This document shows positions 21,619 through 40,926 of a DNA stretch of 64,000 bases, piece by piece. The number at the start of each line of letters is the position of its first letter. Within the stretch, counting starts at the first letter, position 1. Below the pieces are notes generated by a model, which was not told the origin of the DNA, made no database searches, and was given only the letters and a program-made list of their open reading frames with translations. The stretch is from Longimicrobiales bacterium (GTDB lineage: Bacteria > Gemmatimonadota > Gemmatimonadetes > Longimicrobiales > Gaopeijiaceae), in assembly GCA_965203485.1 (NCBI GenBank), contig OZ241892.1, forward strand, positions 1,056,001 through 1,120,000, written 5' to 3'. The position numbers were made by a program, and so were the translations under genes.

Positions 21619-22233
21619 CTACGGGTCGCTGCAGTCTCGCTGGAAGCCGCAGTTGAGACAGGTGATCTTGCAGTGGTGCTCCATGACGGGGCCGCCGCAC
21701 AAGTCGCAACGCGGTTCGGCCGCCAGGTAGCGGCGGCTCAGTTCCACGTAGTGCGCGGAACTCCGCTCGACCCAGGATGCAGCGGCGGCACTCAGCGGCA
21801 GGACGCGACCCGGCACGCCCGCCACCAGACGGCCCGGCGGCACTGTCGTTCCCTCCTTCACGAGCGCGCCCGCGGCCACGAGGCAACCCTCGCCGAGTTC
21901 GGCCCGCTGGAGCAGCACGGCGTTCATGCCGACGACCGTGCCGCGTCCGATCCGGCAACTCTCCAGGACCGCGCCGTGGCCGACGGTCACCTCGTCCCCG
22001 ACCACCGTCGGTCCCTGGTCGCTCACGTGCACCACCGCATTGTCCTGCACGTTGGCGCGCGCGCCGACGGCGATCGCGTTGCGGGGATCGTCGCCCCTCA
22101 GCACGGCCCCATACCAGACGCTGGCTTCCTCGCCGATTTCCACGTTGCCGACCACGACCACGCCGGGCGCCAGGAACGCGCTGGCCGCCACCCGCGGCCG
22201 CCGCCCCTCGAACTCCACGATGCGCGCCGTCAC
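21619..22233 (-). CDS. gamma-carbonic anhydrase-like hexapeptide-repeat protein (YrdA/PaaY family) with a C-terminal Cys/His zinc-finger-like tail
   Basis: FLAPGVVVVGNVEIGEEASVWYGAVLRGD, NVQDNAVVH, VTVGHGAVL; tail CDLCGGPVMEHHCKITCLNCGFQRDCSDP. Confidence 0.85.
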   Translation of the reverse strand: MTARIVEFEGRRPRVAASAFLAPGVVVVGNVEIGEEASVWYGAVLRGDDPRNAIAVGARANVQDNAVVHVSDQGPTVVGDEVTVGHGAVLESCRIGRGTVVGMNAVLLQRAELGEGCLVAAGALVKEGTTVPPGRLVAGVPGRVLPLSAAAASWVERSSAHYVELSRRYLAAEPRCDLCGGPVMEHHCKITCLNCGFQRDCSDP

Positions 22234-22267
22234 GACCGGAACTCCACGCGGTCGGCCCGGCGCCCGC

Positions 22268-23551
22268 TCACGATTCGGCGTTCGCGCCGGGCAACCGCCG
22301 CAACCGCGCCCGCAACACCTGCGTCTCCGACGCCTCCAGCACCTCGACGCGCGCGCCGCCCGCCTCGAACGCGGCGCCCTGGCCCGGCACGTGCCCCATT
22401 TCCTCGAGGATGAAGCCGTTGAGTGACCGGTTCTCGCCGACCGGCAGCACGAAGCCGAAGCGCTCGTTGATCTCCCGCAGATCGGCGGTCCCCGCCGCCA
22501 CGATCTCGTCGTCCGACGTCCGGGCGATCGGGTCCTCTTCCTGGTCGGTCTCGTCCACGATCTCGCCCACCAGCTCTTCGAGCACGTCCTCGAGCGTGAT
22601 GAGTCCGTCGGTGCCGCCGAACTCGTCGGCCACGATGCCCATGTGGGTCCGGCGCGCCCTGAAGTCGGCCAGGAGCTTCGCCAGCGACAGCGACCCGGGC
22701 ACGAACATCGCCGGCCGCGCCAGCTCCGAGAGCGCAACGGCGCCGCGGCCCGCTACGAGGGCTCGGTAGGCGTCGCGGACGTGCAAGATGCCCGTCACGT
22801 CGTCGATGCTGTCGCCGTAGACGGGGACCCGCGAGTACGGCGCCGAGCCCAGTTCGGCCTCCACGTCGCCCACGCGGAGCGACTGGCGCCAAGCAAAGAC
22901 CTCCACGCGCGGCGTCATCGCGTCCCATGCGGACAGCTCGTCCAGCTTGAACGCGCGCTCGACCAAGCGGTGCTCGTCCGCCTCGACGATGCCGGCGCCG
23001 GCGCCAATGTCGAGCGCCTCGCGCACTTGGAGCTCGTCGTCCGACGCCCCGACGCCCCGCCTGTCCCCCGCAAGCGACCGTTCCAGCAAGCGGAAGGGCG
23101 ACAGGACGCGCCCGAAGAACCCGGACCCCCACCGGAGCAACGGCGCGGCGGCCAGGGCGAGCCGCACCGGCCGCCGCCCCGCCAACCCGCGCGCCACCAC
23201 GTCGCCCGCGGCGAAGACGGCCAGCGCCACGGCCAGCCCCCCGCCCATCGCCGCCCACGGCCGCCCCCCGGAGCCCGCGTGCACCGCAACCGTGCCCGTC
23301 GCCACCGATCCCAGCGCACACAGCCTCTGGAGCACTCCGAGCGGCGACCCCGCTACCGATCCCGCTCGCACCGCCGCCAACGCCTCCGCGCCCGCGAATC
23401 CCTCGTCAGCCAGCACGCGCGCCCCGGAATCGCCGATCTTGAGCACGGCCGCCCGCGCCGCCGCCAACCCCGCCGACAGCAACAGCAGCACGACCGCCGC
23501 CAGCGCCGCCGTCAACGCCACGACCGTGCTCCCGCCCCTGCCATGCTCCAA
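22268..23551 (-). CDS. hemolysin-family / CNNM (DUF21-CBS-CorC) membrane protein; start uncertain
   Basis: hydrophobic N-terminus, AMTPRVEV, YSRVPVYGDSIDDVTGILHVRD, HMGIVADEFGGTDGLITLEDVLEELVGEIVDETD. Confidence 0.9.
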   Translation of the reverse strand: MEHGRGGSTVVALTAALAAVVLLLLSAGLAAARAAVLKIGDSGARVLADEGFAGAEALAAVRAGSVAGSPLGVLQRLCALGSVATGTVAVHAGSGGRPWAAMGGGLAVALAVFAAGDVVARGLAGRRPVRLALAAAPLLRWGSGFFGRVLSPFRLLERSLAGDRRGVGASDDELQVREALDIGAGAGIVEADEHRLVERAFKLDELSAWDAMTPRVEVFAWRQSLRVGDVEAELGSAPYSRVPVYGDSIDDVTGILHVRDAYRALVAGRGAVALSELARPAMFVPGSLSLAKLLADFRARRTHMGIVADEFGGTDGLITLEDVLEELVGEIVDETDQEEDPIARTSDDEIVAAGTADLREINERFGFVLPVGENRSLNGFILEEMGHVPGQGAAFEAGGARVEVLEASETQVLRARLRRLPGANAES

Positions 23552-23720
23552 GTCCCGTCTCGGGCCGCTCTCGGCGCCCGCTCGACAAGCCGGGCCGAGC
23601 CGGTGTCCCGCAACGGCCGCCCGCGCCGCCCGGGCAAGCCGCTCGTCCCCGTCGCCCCGCCAGGCGGCCGGGCCGAGACTCGCTCAAGACTTGGAGGCTG
23701 GTCCTCGACTTCCGGCGGCT

Positions 23721-24773
<1,053 letters not shown>

Positions 24774-25113
24774 GGCGATGCGAATCCGGAACGTGCGGGG
24801 GGAGTCGCCAAGAATAGACAAGGGCTGCCGCCGCCGGTCAAGCCTCGTCGCGCGCGACGGAGGAGATCGGGCGCTGCGTTCTCGATGTCGGGGGCATGGG
24901 CAAGGCGTTTGACCACGCCACCGGCTGTTTTCAGGTCGTTCGTGCCCGTCGGCGACGAGACTTGGCGGCCGTCGTGATCGTGGATCCCCGCCCCGAGTCG
25001 GGGGGCGCCTGCCCGGCCCAGGCTCGCCGCCTTGCGGTCGCGTGCCGGCCTGTTCGCGGGCTTCGGCGTCTCCTTCGGACGCGCGTGGATTGCGGCTCGT
25101 GCCTCTCGGAGCC

Positions 25114-26200
25114 CTAACCTCGTCTCCAGGTCGTGCGCAAGCGCGCCACGACCGAGTTTCCGGTCGCCGGATCCTTCCGTGTCGCCAGGATGGCGCCACG
25201 CTCTCGGCCACGAGAACTACCTCCTCTTCCGTCGCCGGGCCGACATTGAAGAGTTGCCACAACGTCGCTCCGTCGTCCGCGATCCGAACTACGTTCAAGA
25301 TCAGGCCGTCCGCCATGTCGAAGACCGCCACCGACTGCGGATAGGTCACGTTGAAGCGGCGCCAGGGGACCCCGTCCTCCACCGTTTCGACGACGACGGC
25401 GTCCCCGGGCGCCTCGAGGAGGCCGGGCAAGGCCGCAACTCGTTCCCCGTCCGCGCCGCTTTCGTGGACCTGCGCATCATAGCGCGCGATGAGGTGCGGG
25501 GCGCCCTGGGAGTAGAGGAAGTTCCCCCCGGACAACGCATGCACGGCGCCGCCGGTTCCGATCATTCGGGCTTGGTAGTCCCTTGCGTCCGCCGGGGCGC
25601 CCCAGCTTCGGCGCAACCCTCCGCGCGGTCCGAAATAGTGCACCGCGAAGTCGATCCCCTGAATCGCGCCGCTCAGCACGAAGCCGCCCGACGGCAGCAC
25701 GTCGAAGCCCTTCGTCCAGTCCACGCGGACCGGAAAGCGAACTCTGCCGCGCGGTTCGCCGTCCGGCGAGTACGTCTCGACCCCGCCTCTGCCGCTGTCG
25801 TACACCACGACGTCTCCGTTGGGTGCGACCGAAATGCGGTTGGGCCGCAACACCTCGCCGGGTCCGTCGCCGATCCGCGCGACTACGCGAGTGGTTCCCG
25901 GCGGCAGGGCTCCCGGTGCACCAAGACGCGGCCGGGGCCGCCGGCGACGATGTCGGCGATCCAGAGCGCGTCGTCGGCGGTCTCGGCAAGGCCGGCAACA
26001 TGCGAGAGCCCTCCAGCCATGTCGAAGCCCTCCGAACTCCACACCTCCTCGACCGCTAGGGACAGGCGAACGGACGGCGTCGCCGACCGAGCTCGCAACT
26101 GGACGGCCGAGAACGAGGGCGGAGCCTGCACCCAAAGCAGGCCGCCTGCCAAGATCGACCACAGCAGGCGGAACGGGTCCGTCCGGCGAGCCGACGGGCA
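25114..26200 (-). pseudogene. secreted beta-propeller (NHL/6-bladed-like) protein gene broken by at least two frameshifts
   Basis: N-terminal part (FRLLWSILAGGLLW..GLAETADDALWIAD) in one frame; middle (VVARIGDGPGEVLRPNRISVAPNGDVVVYD) in another; C-terminus (GAILATRKDPATGNSVVARLRTTWRRG*) shifted again near 25200. Confidence 0.6.
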
Positions 26201-26273
26201 CGTCGTCTCGGTGGGCGGATGGACGGCGGCGTGGGTGGAGCGGCTGCATGTCGGAGCCGCGCTTCCTCCGATC

Positions 26274-26301
26274 TTGCGAATTTTTTCACAAGCACTAGCT
26301 T
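26274..26301 (+). promoter_or_regulatory. candidate promoter of the atp operon
   Basis: TTGCGA-N16-TAGCTT in an AT-rich patch ~90 bp upstream of the first atp gene. Confidence 0.45.
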
Positions 26302-26389
26302 TTGTCGTCTGGCGGCATCCGCCGGGGGCGCTCCGACGCGCCTGTTTGCGAGCCCGCAGGAAGCTAACGCCGAGAGAGCCGGGGAACCC

Positions 26390-26662
26390 ATGAACGCGTC
26401 CTCGGAGAACCGTCCTGGCGCCGGCGAGCGCGCGTCGTTCGGGCTGGGCGGCTTGGAACGCTACGCGGGGTACGGGCTGGCCTTGGCCTTGGCCGTGGTC
26501 GTCGGCGGCTGGGCCGGGCTGGCGCTCGACCGTTGGCTGGGGACGGCTCCCCTGCTGACGTTGCTCGGAGGCTTCGCTGGCGCCGGCGCGGGCACGTACA
26601 CCGTCTACCAGCGGCTGGTCGCGGCGTTGCGCCGGCGCCCGGAGCAAGAGGAAGCGCCGTGA
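26390..26662 (+). CDS. AtpZ/AtpI-family membrane protein
   Basis: YAGYGLALALAVVVGGWAGLALDRWLGTAPLLTLLG; first gene of the atp operon. Confidence 0.8.
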   Translation: MNASSENRPGAGERASFGLGGLERYAGYGLALALAVVVGGWAGLALDRWLGTAPLLTLLGGFAGAGAGTYTVYQRLVAALRRRPEQEEAP

Positions 26663-27081
26663 CCCGGTCTCAGCGGTTCGTCGCCACCGCCTTCGCAACA
26701 GTGTTCGCGGGCGTCCTCGCGGGCTGGATGGTCCTGAGTCCCGAGGCTCGGACGGCCGTGGCAGGGGCGGGCGCCGCCGCCTTGGCGGTGCAGTCGGCGC
26801 TGCACTTCGGGTTGAGGGGCTGGCGCGGCCGCAACGACCGCTTCTACAGGGCCATCGCGGTCGCCGCCCTGTCTCGCGCCGCGACGGTGGGCGCCGCGGT
26901 GGTCCTCCTCGCCGTTGCGCCGGAACTCGTGGCGCCCCTGCCGTTCCTCCTTGCGCTGGGCGTCTTCATGGTCGTCGTGTCGTTCCTCGAGCCGGTGATC
27001 GAGTCCGGGTTGCCCACGCGCGGGCGCGGAGCCCGCAGAACCGGCAACGCTCGCAACGCGCCCGGAGCTTCCCGCGCATGA
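26659..27081 (+). CDS. ATP synthase protein I-like 4-TM membrane protein
   Basis: four hydrophobic segments; GTGA/ATGA overlaps with both neighbours; position before atpB. Confidence 0.65.
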   Translation: MTRSQRFVATAFATVFAGVLAGWMVLSPEARTAVAGAGAAALAVQSALHFGLRGWRGRNDRFYRAIAVAALSRAATVGAAVVLLAVAPELVAPLPFLLALGVFMVVVSFLEPVIESGLPTRGRGARRTGNARNAPGASRA

Positions 27082-28007
27082 GTCGGCTCCCCGCGCGGCT
27101 GCGGCCGGGCGCCACCCTGCAGGACGATGCGGCGGCCGCCCAAGCGCACGGCTCGCCGGGCGCGGCCGCCGCCCAGGAGTTCGACCTGGGCCGCGACGTG
27201 CTGGCCGACCACATCCTCAACTCGCCCGAATACCACGGCCTCTTCGGCGTCCATTTCGGATTCCCGCGCTGGACGCCGTTCGGCATCGACCTCTCCATCG
27301 ACAAGCACACGTTCCTGCTGCTGGTCGCCGCGATCCTCGCCACGGTCGTGGTCGTCCGGGCGGCCCGCGCCGTCGCGGGACTCGGACGCGAGCGCGCCCC
27401 CTCCGGGCTCGCCAACGCCGTCGAGGCGATCTTCGTCTTCTTCCGCGACGACGTCTGCAAGTCGAACATCGGCCCGGGCTACGAGCGCTTCCTGCCCTTC
27501 GTCCTCACCCTCTTCTTCTTCATCCTGTCGATGAACCTGCTGGGCCTCGTGCCCTGGGGCGGCTCCGCTACCGGAAACCTCTCGGTCACGGCCGCGCTCG
27601 CAGTCCTCACCTTCTTGGTGACCGAGGTGGCTGGACTCCTCAAGCTGGGCCCGCGCGGCTACATGCGGACCATCTTCTTCGTGCCCGAGGGCGTGGGCGG
27701 CGTCGGCAAGGTGTTCGTGCTGGCCCTCATGGCGCCGATCGAGCTGCTCGGCAAGGTCACCAAGCCCCTTGCGCTCGCCATCCGGCTCTTCGCCAACATG
27801 ACGGCGGGCCACATGTTGATCTTCACGGTTCTGGGCTTGGTCTTCGTCTTCGCCGAGTGGGCGGGCGTCCGCTGGTTCGTCGCGGGCGCTTCCTTCGGGA
27901 TGGTCGTGGCCTTCCTCCTCATGGAACTCTTGATCGCGGTCATCCAGGCGTACGTCTTCGCCATGTTGTCCGCCGTCTTCATCGGCATGATGCAGCACGA
28001 GCACTAA
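27078..28007 (+). CDS. atpB: F0F1 ATP synthase subunit a
   Basis: LFFFILSMNLLGLVP, TGNLSVTAALA, KPLALAIRLFANMTAGH, ELLIAVIQAYVFAMLS. Confidence 0.96.
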   Translation: MSRLPARLRPGATLQDDAAAAQAHGSPGAAAAQEFDLGRDVLADHILNSPEYHGLFGVHFGFPRWTPFGIDLSIDKHTFLLLVAAILATVVVVRAARAVAGLGRERAPSGLANAVEAIFVFFRDDVCKSNIGPGYERFLPFVLTLFFFILSMNLLGLVPWGGSATGNLSVTAALAVLTFLVTEVAGLLKLGPRGYMRTIFFVPEGVGGVGKVFVLALMAPIELLGKVTKPLALAIRLFANMTAGHMLIFTVLGLVFVFAEWAGVRWFVAGASFGMVVAFLLMELLIAVIQAYVFAMLSAVFIGMMQHEH

Positions 28008-28902
<895 letters not shown>

Positions 28903-28906
<4 letters not shown>

Positions 28907-29466
28907 CGGCCGGCCGGAGCAGGCACGACGCCGTCGTGCGCAACTACGCCGAGACCGCCTTCGAGCTGGCCGGGCGCCACGAGGGCCCGGAGGCCTTCGG
29001 CGAGGCGCTGGTCGCCGTGGCGAAGCTGTGGGAAGATCCGGCCGTCCGCCGCTTCTTCGCGACCCCGCGCGTGCCGGCCGCGGCCAAGAAGAAGGCGCTG
29101 GACGAGGCGTGCGCCGGCCTTCCCGCCATGCTGGTGCGGTTTCTCAAGGTCCTGGTCGACAAGCGCCGCCAGGACCGCGTGCCCGCCGTGGCGGCCCACT
29201 ACGCGGCGCTCCTGGACCGGCGGATGGGACGCAGGCACATGGACGTGACGCTTGCCCGCCCGCTGGGCGATGCCGCGTCGCAAGAAGTGGAGGCTCGGCT
29301 GTCGAGCGCGGTCGGCGCCGACGTGACGGCCCGCTTCCTGGTGGACCCGTCGATCCTTGGAGGCGTCGTGATCCGCGAGGGAGACATGGTGTACGACGGC
29401 TCCGTCAAGCGCCGCCTGGACGGCCTGCGCCGAGCGCTCCTGCACGGCCCCGGCTTCCACGCCTAG
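28903..29466 (+). CDS. atpH: F0F1 ATP synthase subunit delta
   Basis: VVRNYAETAFELA, RFLKVLVDKRR, VDPSILGGVVIREGDMVYDGSVKRRL. Confidence 0.93.
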
Positions 29467-29496
29467 CAGACCAAGACGAGAAACCGAGAGAGATTC

Positions 29497-31167
<1,671 letters not shown>

Positions 31168-31170
31168 CAC

Positions 31171-33577
<2,407 letters not shown>

Positions 33578-33584
33578 GCCGGCC

Positions 33585-33866
33585 ATGACCTTGTTGCGGA
33601 TGCGGGTGCTCGCGCCGGACCGCGTGGTCCTGGACGAGAGCGCGCGGTCGCTCGTGGCGCCGGCGTGGGACGGCCGCGTCGGCGTCTATCCGCGCCACGC
33701 GCCGTTGCTGGCGATCCTGGACGAGGGGCGGCTCGCGTTCACGGCCGAGAGCGGCGAGGAGCGCGAACTGCAGATCGACGGCGGCGTCCTCAAGGTGGCC
33801 GGCGGCGAGGCCACGGTGCTGGCGGACGGCGTACGGGGCGCGGGCGGGTCCGGCGAGCGCCGGTGA
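33585..33866 (+). CDS. atpC: F0F1 ATP synthase subunit epsilon (N-terminal beta-sandwich only)
   Basis: VLAPDRVV, GRVGVYPRHAPLL, DGGVLKV..ATVLAD; no C-terminal helical hairpin. Confidence 0.9.
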   Translation: MTLLRMRVLAPDRVVLDESARSLVAPAWDGRVGVYPRHAPLLAILDEGRLAFTAESGEERELQIDGGVLKVAGGEATVLADGVRGAGGSGERR

Positions 33867-34681
33867 GGCTCGACCTGCACATCCACAGCACCGCGTCCGA
33901 CGGCGCATGCTCGCCCGAGGAGGTCGTGGAGCGGGCCGTCGCGGGGGGGCTCGATGTGATCGCGCTGGCGGACCACGACACTGTGGCCGGCGTCGGCCGC
34001 GCGCTGGACGCGGCCAGCGGTCGGCCCATCCAGGTGATCCCGGCGGCCGAGATGAGCAGCACGATCGACGGCGAAGACATCCATATCCTGGGCTACTTCC
34101 TGGACGTCGAGTCCGAGGCGCTGGTCGGCCTGGCCCGGCGCGGGGCCACGAGGCGGGCGGCCCGCATGGACGAGATGGTCTCGAAGCTGGCGAGCTTGGG
34201 GTTCCCGGTGAGCCGCGACCTTCTGGAGGCCGAGCGCGCTTCGCCCGACACCGCCTTCGTGCGGCCCCACTTGGCCCGCGCGCTCGTGGCCGCCGGTCAC
34301 GCGAGGGACGTGGCCGACGCGTTCAAGCGCTTCATCGGCGACGGCTGTCCCGCCTACGTGCCGACCGAGGTGGCGAAGCCGCGCGAGGTCATCGAGGCGA
34401 TCCTCTCCGCCGGAGGCGTGCCGGTGTGGGCTCACCCGCCCGTCAAGACTTGGGAAGACAGCCTGCCCGAGCTGCTGCAGGCCGGCTTGCAGGGGCTCGA
34501 GGTCTACCGCCCCCCCGGCCGGTCCGCGAGTCCGAGCAGCCTGGAAGACGCCGCCCGCCGCCACCGCCTGCTGACGACCGGGGGCTCCGATTGGCACGGC
34601 CCCCAGACTGGCGTCGAACTGGGCGACTTCCGCGTGTCCTCGGACGACGTCCAGGCGTTCCTGTCGCTGGCGGGGATGTAG
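33863..34681 (+). CDS. PHP-domain phosphoesterase (TrpH/YciV-like)
   Basis: [45 protein letters not shown]. Confidence 0.9.
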   Translation: MRLDLHIHSTASDGACSPEEVVERAVAGGLDVIALADHDTVAGVGRALDAASGRPIQVIPAAEMSSTIDGEDIHILGYFLDVESEALVGLARRGATRRAARMDEMVSKLASLGFPVSRDLLEAERASPDTAFVRPHLARALVAAGHARDVADAFKRFIGDGCPAYVPTEVAKPREVIEAILSAGGVPVWAHPPVKTWEDSLPELLQAGLQGLEVYRPPGRSASPSSLEDAARRHRLLTTGGSDWHGPQTGVELGDFRVSSDDVQAFLSLAGM

Positions 34682-34693
34682 CGAGATCAGTCT

Positions 34694-34721
34694 TTGACTT
34701 CCTCGCCGGTTGCGTTACCTT
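34694..34721 (+). promoter_or_regulatory. candidate promoter of the 23S-5S unit
   Basis: TTGACT-N16-TACCTT 12 bp after the PHP stop codon. Confidence 0.5.
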
Positions 34722-34808
34722 TCTGGACTGCTCGCGCGTGGGATCGCGAGGGGGCCGGTCCGGGGGAAGCCCCGCGGTTCCGTTCCGGCGGTCCCAGGGG
34801 CGGGCGCC

Positions 34809-34849
34809 TGCTTCTTGACAAAACCAGGGTAGAGGGAAGGGAAGCGCCT
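34809..34849 (+). promoter_or_regulatory. rrn leader: boxA-like element plus the 5' arm of the pre-23S processing stem
   Basis: TGCTTCTTGACAA resembles boxA; AACCAGGGTAGAGGGAAGGGAAGCGCCT (34822-34849) is largely complementary to AGGCGCTTCCCCGACCTCTTCCTGGGTT (37991-38018). Confidence 0.6.
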
Positions 34850-34993
34850 TAGGTCGCTCCACCCCGCCGGCGACGGCGGGGCGGGAGCGTACGTGAGGGA
34901 AAGGCGACGGTGGACCGCTCTGAATCGGACGCGGAGCGCGGACGGCCCGGCTTGAACGGGGCCGCCCCGGGCTCGGCTCGCGAGGAAAGGGCT

Positions 34994-37959
<2,966 letters not shown>

Positions 37960-38056
37960 AGCTTTCCTTTCCGCGTCTTTTCTGCACGCGAGGCGCTTCC
38001 CCGACCTCTTCCTGGGTTCGAGGCGCCGCGGGGCGATCCGCGGCGCCTTTCGACTT

Positions 38057-38174
<118 letters not shown>

Positions 38175-38182
38175 TGCCTTGC

Positions 38183-38222
38183 GAACGCCCCGTTCGGCCC
38201 GAAGCGGCCGGGCGGGGCGTTC
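38183..38222 (+). terminator. GC-rich hairpin downstream of 5S; possible terminator with a weak U-tract
   Basis: GAACGCCCCGTTCGGCC-loop-GGCCGGGCGGGGCGTTC. Confidence 0.5.
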
Positions 38223-38656
38223 TGCGTTCCAGCCTATAAACCCGTCTCGACAACCGACGCGCTTGAAGCAAAGCAGACCGCGAACGGCTGGACGAGGCCA
38301 GGAGTGGTGCGGTGGAGAGCCGAGACACCGGAGTTGGCAACTTGCCGGGACGATGAGGAGCCGTGCCTCAATCGTCGCGGGCGACGAGCCCCACGCCGCA
38401 GACCAAGAGAAGCACGTTCCAGCAGGCCACGCGAAGCACGCGCCGACAGCGCGCGCGCAAGGACCAGCGCTTGGCCGCCGTGGCCGCGGCCGGCGGCGGT
38501 GCCGGCGGTTGGCCCTCGGAAGATCGTGGGACTCATGACTTCCGGATTGAAGGAAGCCAAAAGGGATCGGCGGCAACTTTCGGCAACAGCTGTCTCCGCA
38601 GTCGCAAGTGCGATTGCCTTCAAGCGCCTGCGACCTGTCGTGCAGACTGAAGTAGC

Positions 38657-39313
38657 CTAGCCTAGCCTGGCAGGGGCGAGGCCACGTGACGCGGCGAGAA
38701 TCTTCGCGGTGGCCTTGCAGGGGTCGGGGGCGGCCATGATGGTGCGGGCGACTGCGCAACCGGCGGCGCCGGCGTTGCGGGCCGCGGGGGCGCGGACGGC
38801 GTTCAGGCCGCCGATGGCGATGACGGGGATGCTTACGGAAGCGGCGACGGCGGCGAGGCGTTGGAGGCCGATGGACCGGGCCGGCTTGGTGCGGGTCGGA
38901 AAGACGGGGCCGCAACCGATGTAGTCGGCGCCGTCCGCCTCGGCCGCCTGGGCGCCAAGGGGAGTGCGCGCGGAGGCGCCGATCAGGAAGGGCGGCGGGG
39001 CGAGCCGCCGGGCGGCGGCGATCGGAAGGTCTTCGGGGCCGAGATGGACGCCGTCGGCTTTGGTGGCGAGGGCGAGATCGAGGCGGTCGTTCACGAAGAA
39101 GAGGGCGTCGGCGGCGTGCGCGGCGAACCGGAGGCGGCGAGCAAGGGGAAGGAGGTCGCGGGGCGGCAGGTGTTTCTCGCGAAGTTGGACGGCGGGCGCC
39201 CCCCCGGCGCGGAGGACGTCGCCGACGATGGCTTCAAGGAAGCTGGAAGGGCGATCGCCGCGGTCGGTCACCACGAGCAAGCGCAAGCGTTCGGCGAGGG
39301 GTACGGCCCTCAC
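38657..39313 (-). CDS. thiE: thiamine-phosphate synthase
   Basis: AVQLREK, FFVNDRLDLALA..ADGVHLG, GADYIGCGPVFPTRTK, PVIAIGG; GTGA overlap with the mltG stop. Confidence 0.92.
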   Translation of the reverse strand: MRAVPLAERLRLLVVTDRGDRPSSFLEAIVGDVLRAGGAPAVQLREKHLPPRDLLPLARRLRFAAHAADALFFVNDRLDLALATKADGVHLGPEDLPIAAARRLAPPPFLIGASARTPLGAQAAEADGADYIGCGPVFPTRTKPARSIGLQRLAAVAASVSIPVIAIGGLNAVRAPAARNAGAAGCAVARTIMAAPDPCKATAKILAASRGLAPARLG

Positions 39314-40320
39314 TCGCGTTGCGCGGATTCGCGGCGGATGCGGATGCGGGCGTTGTTGTGGGCCCGCAGGGAGCGCGAGAAGACGTGCTCGCCGTTGGAC
39401 CGGGCGACGAAGTAGTAGTAGTCGGTTTCTGCGGGGTCGAGCGCGGCGTCGAGCGCGGCGGCTCCCGGCGCTCCGATGGGGCCGGGCGGGAGGCCGGCAT
39501 GCGCGTAGGTGTTGTAGGGATTGTCGGCCACCGAGTCGATGGCGGCGTAGAGCAGGCGCGGCCGGTGGCCCCCGAGCGCGTAGAGCACCGTCGGGTCCGC
39601 CTGGAGCCTCATCCCGGCGCGCAACCGGTTGTGGTAGACGCTCGAGATCGTGCGCATCTCCGACTCGCGCCGCGACTCCGCCTGGATGATCGACGCCAGC
39701 GTGACCACTTCGCGCTCGCTCATCCCCGTCTCGGCCAGCCGGGCGCGCCGCTCGGGCGTCCAGTAGCGCTTGTACTGCGCCGTCATGGCCGCGACGAAAT
39801 GGCCGGGCCCCACGCCCTTGGCGAGGCGGTACGTGTCGGGGAAGAGGTATCCTTCGAGCCCCGGCCCCGGCACGTCCCAAACGCGGTCCAGCGTGTCGCC
39901 GGCCAGCTCCGCGAAGATTGCGGCGGAGTCGTCCGTCTCGACGAAGACGGCGATGCGGCCCGCCATCTCCTTGAGGGTGAGTCCCTCGGGGAACGTCGTC
40001 GGATAGGTCTCGACCCGTCCGTCCGTGAGCGTCTCGATGAGCCGCCCGTACCCCTCTCCCCGCGCCAGCTTGTAGGTGCCGGCCTTGACTGATCCGTCGA
40101 GTCCTCGCAACCGCGCGTACACGCGAAAGAGACCTGGGCGGGCGACGACTTGGCGGGCCTCCAGGCTGTCCACCACAGACCGGAACGACGATCCCGGGGC
40201 GATGTGGACGTACGTCTCTCCTCCCGGCAACCGCGGTCCGGCAAGCGTGGCCGTGGCCGCCGCCGCCAGGGCGAGGCCGGCAACGCCAAGAATCACGGCG
40301 CGACCACGACCGAGGGTCAT
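39310..40320 (-). CDS. mltG: endolytic transglycosylase MltG
   Basis: N-terminal TM segment, TFPEGLT, LEGYLFPDTY, LASIIQAE, LQADPTVLY, PYNTY..GLPPGPIGAPG. Confidence 0.94.
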   Translation of the reverse strand: MTLGRGRAVILGVAGLALAAAATATLAGPRLPGGETYVHIAPGSSFRSVVDSLEARQVVARPGLFRVYARLRGLDGSVKAGTYKLARGEGYGRLIETLTDGRVETYPTTFPEGLTLKEMAGRIAVFVETDDSAAIFAELAGDTLDRVWDVPGPGLEGYLFPDTYRLAKGVGPGHFVAAMTAQYKRYWTPERRARLAETGMSEREVVTLASIIQAESRRESEMRTISSVYHNRLRAGMRLQADPTVLYALGGHRPRLLYAAIDSVADNPYNTYAHAGLPPGPIGAPGAAALDAALDPAETDYYYFVARSNGEHVFSRSLRAHNNARIRIRRESAQRE

Positions 40321-40895
40321 CCGGCTTTCCCGCTTTCGCCGGCATTGCCACGGGGCGTCGTCCGGCTCGGACAAGCCGGAGCGTCGCTCGCCGGCGCACC
40401 CTGGGGCTGGGCTGTCCGCGTGTGCCGGACGCCGTCCAGCCAGTCCTGCAGGATGATCGCCGCCGCTCCAGCGTCGATTCGAGCCTTGTTCTCGCGCTTC
40501 TTGCGCGGCAATCCCGCGGACCGGATGCGGGATTCGGCTTCCGCCGACGAATACCGTTCATCTTGAAACACCACCGAGACCTCTCCCCGTCTTGCGAGCC
40601 GCTCTCCGAACGACCGCACCTCCGCCGTCCAGCCAGTCTCGCGCCCCGACGGGTCCAACGGAAGCCCCACCACGATCAGGCGCGCCCGGTGACGGTCGGC
40701 GATTTCCAGCAACCGGTTCAAGGGAGGCCGCTTGCCCGCCCGGCGCGTCAGAGTCGTCAGCGGCGTGGCCAGCACGTCCGCAACGTCGCTCACGGCGACC
40801 CCGATGCGGCGTCGCCCATAGTCGATGCCCATCGAGCGGCCCTCTTCCTTGACGGAATCGCCCGCTTTGTCCACAGCGGCTTCGCCGGTACGCAT
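40317..40895 (-). CDS. ruvX: Holliday junction resolvase RuvX / YqgF; start uncertain
   Basis: GIDYGRRRIGVAVSD, IVVGLPL, QDERYSS, IDAGAAAIILQDWLD; canonical ruvX-mltG order. Confidence 0.92.
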   Translation of the reverse strand: MRTGEAAVDKAGDSVKEEGRSMGIDYGRRRIGVAVSDVADVLATPLTTLTRRAGKRPPLNRLLEIADRHRARLIVVGLPLDPSGRETGWTAEVRSFGERLARRGEVSVVFQDERYSSAEAESRIRSAGLPRKKRENKARIDAGAAAIILQDWLDGVRHTRTAQPQGAPASDAPACPSRTTPRGNAGESGKAG

Positions 40896-40926
40896 GGAAG
40901 CGTTCACGACCCTGGCGCCGCGACGA

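Noticed and set aside
34815..34820. Perfect TTGACA as the -35 of the rRNA promoter
   Set aside because: No -10 at 16-18 bp spacing; better explained as part of the boxA-like leader
38230..38650. ORFs between 5S and thiE
   Set aside because: No recognisable motif, RBS or consistent codon pattern; possibly a decayed fragment but unsupported
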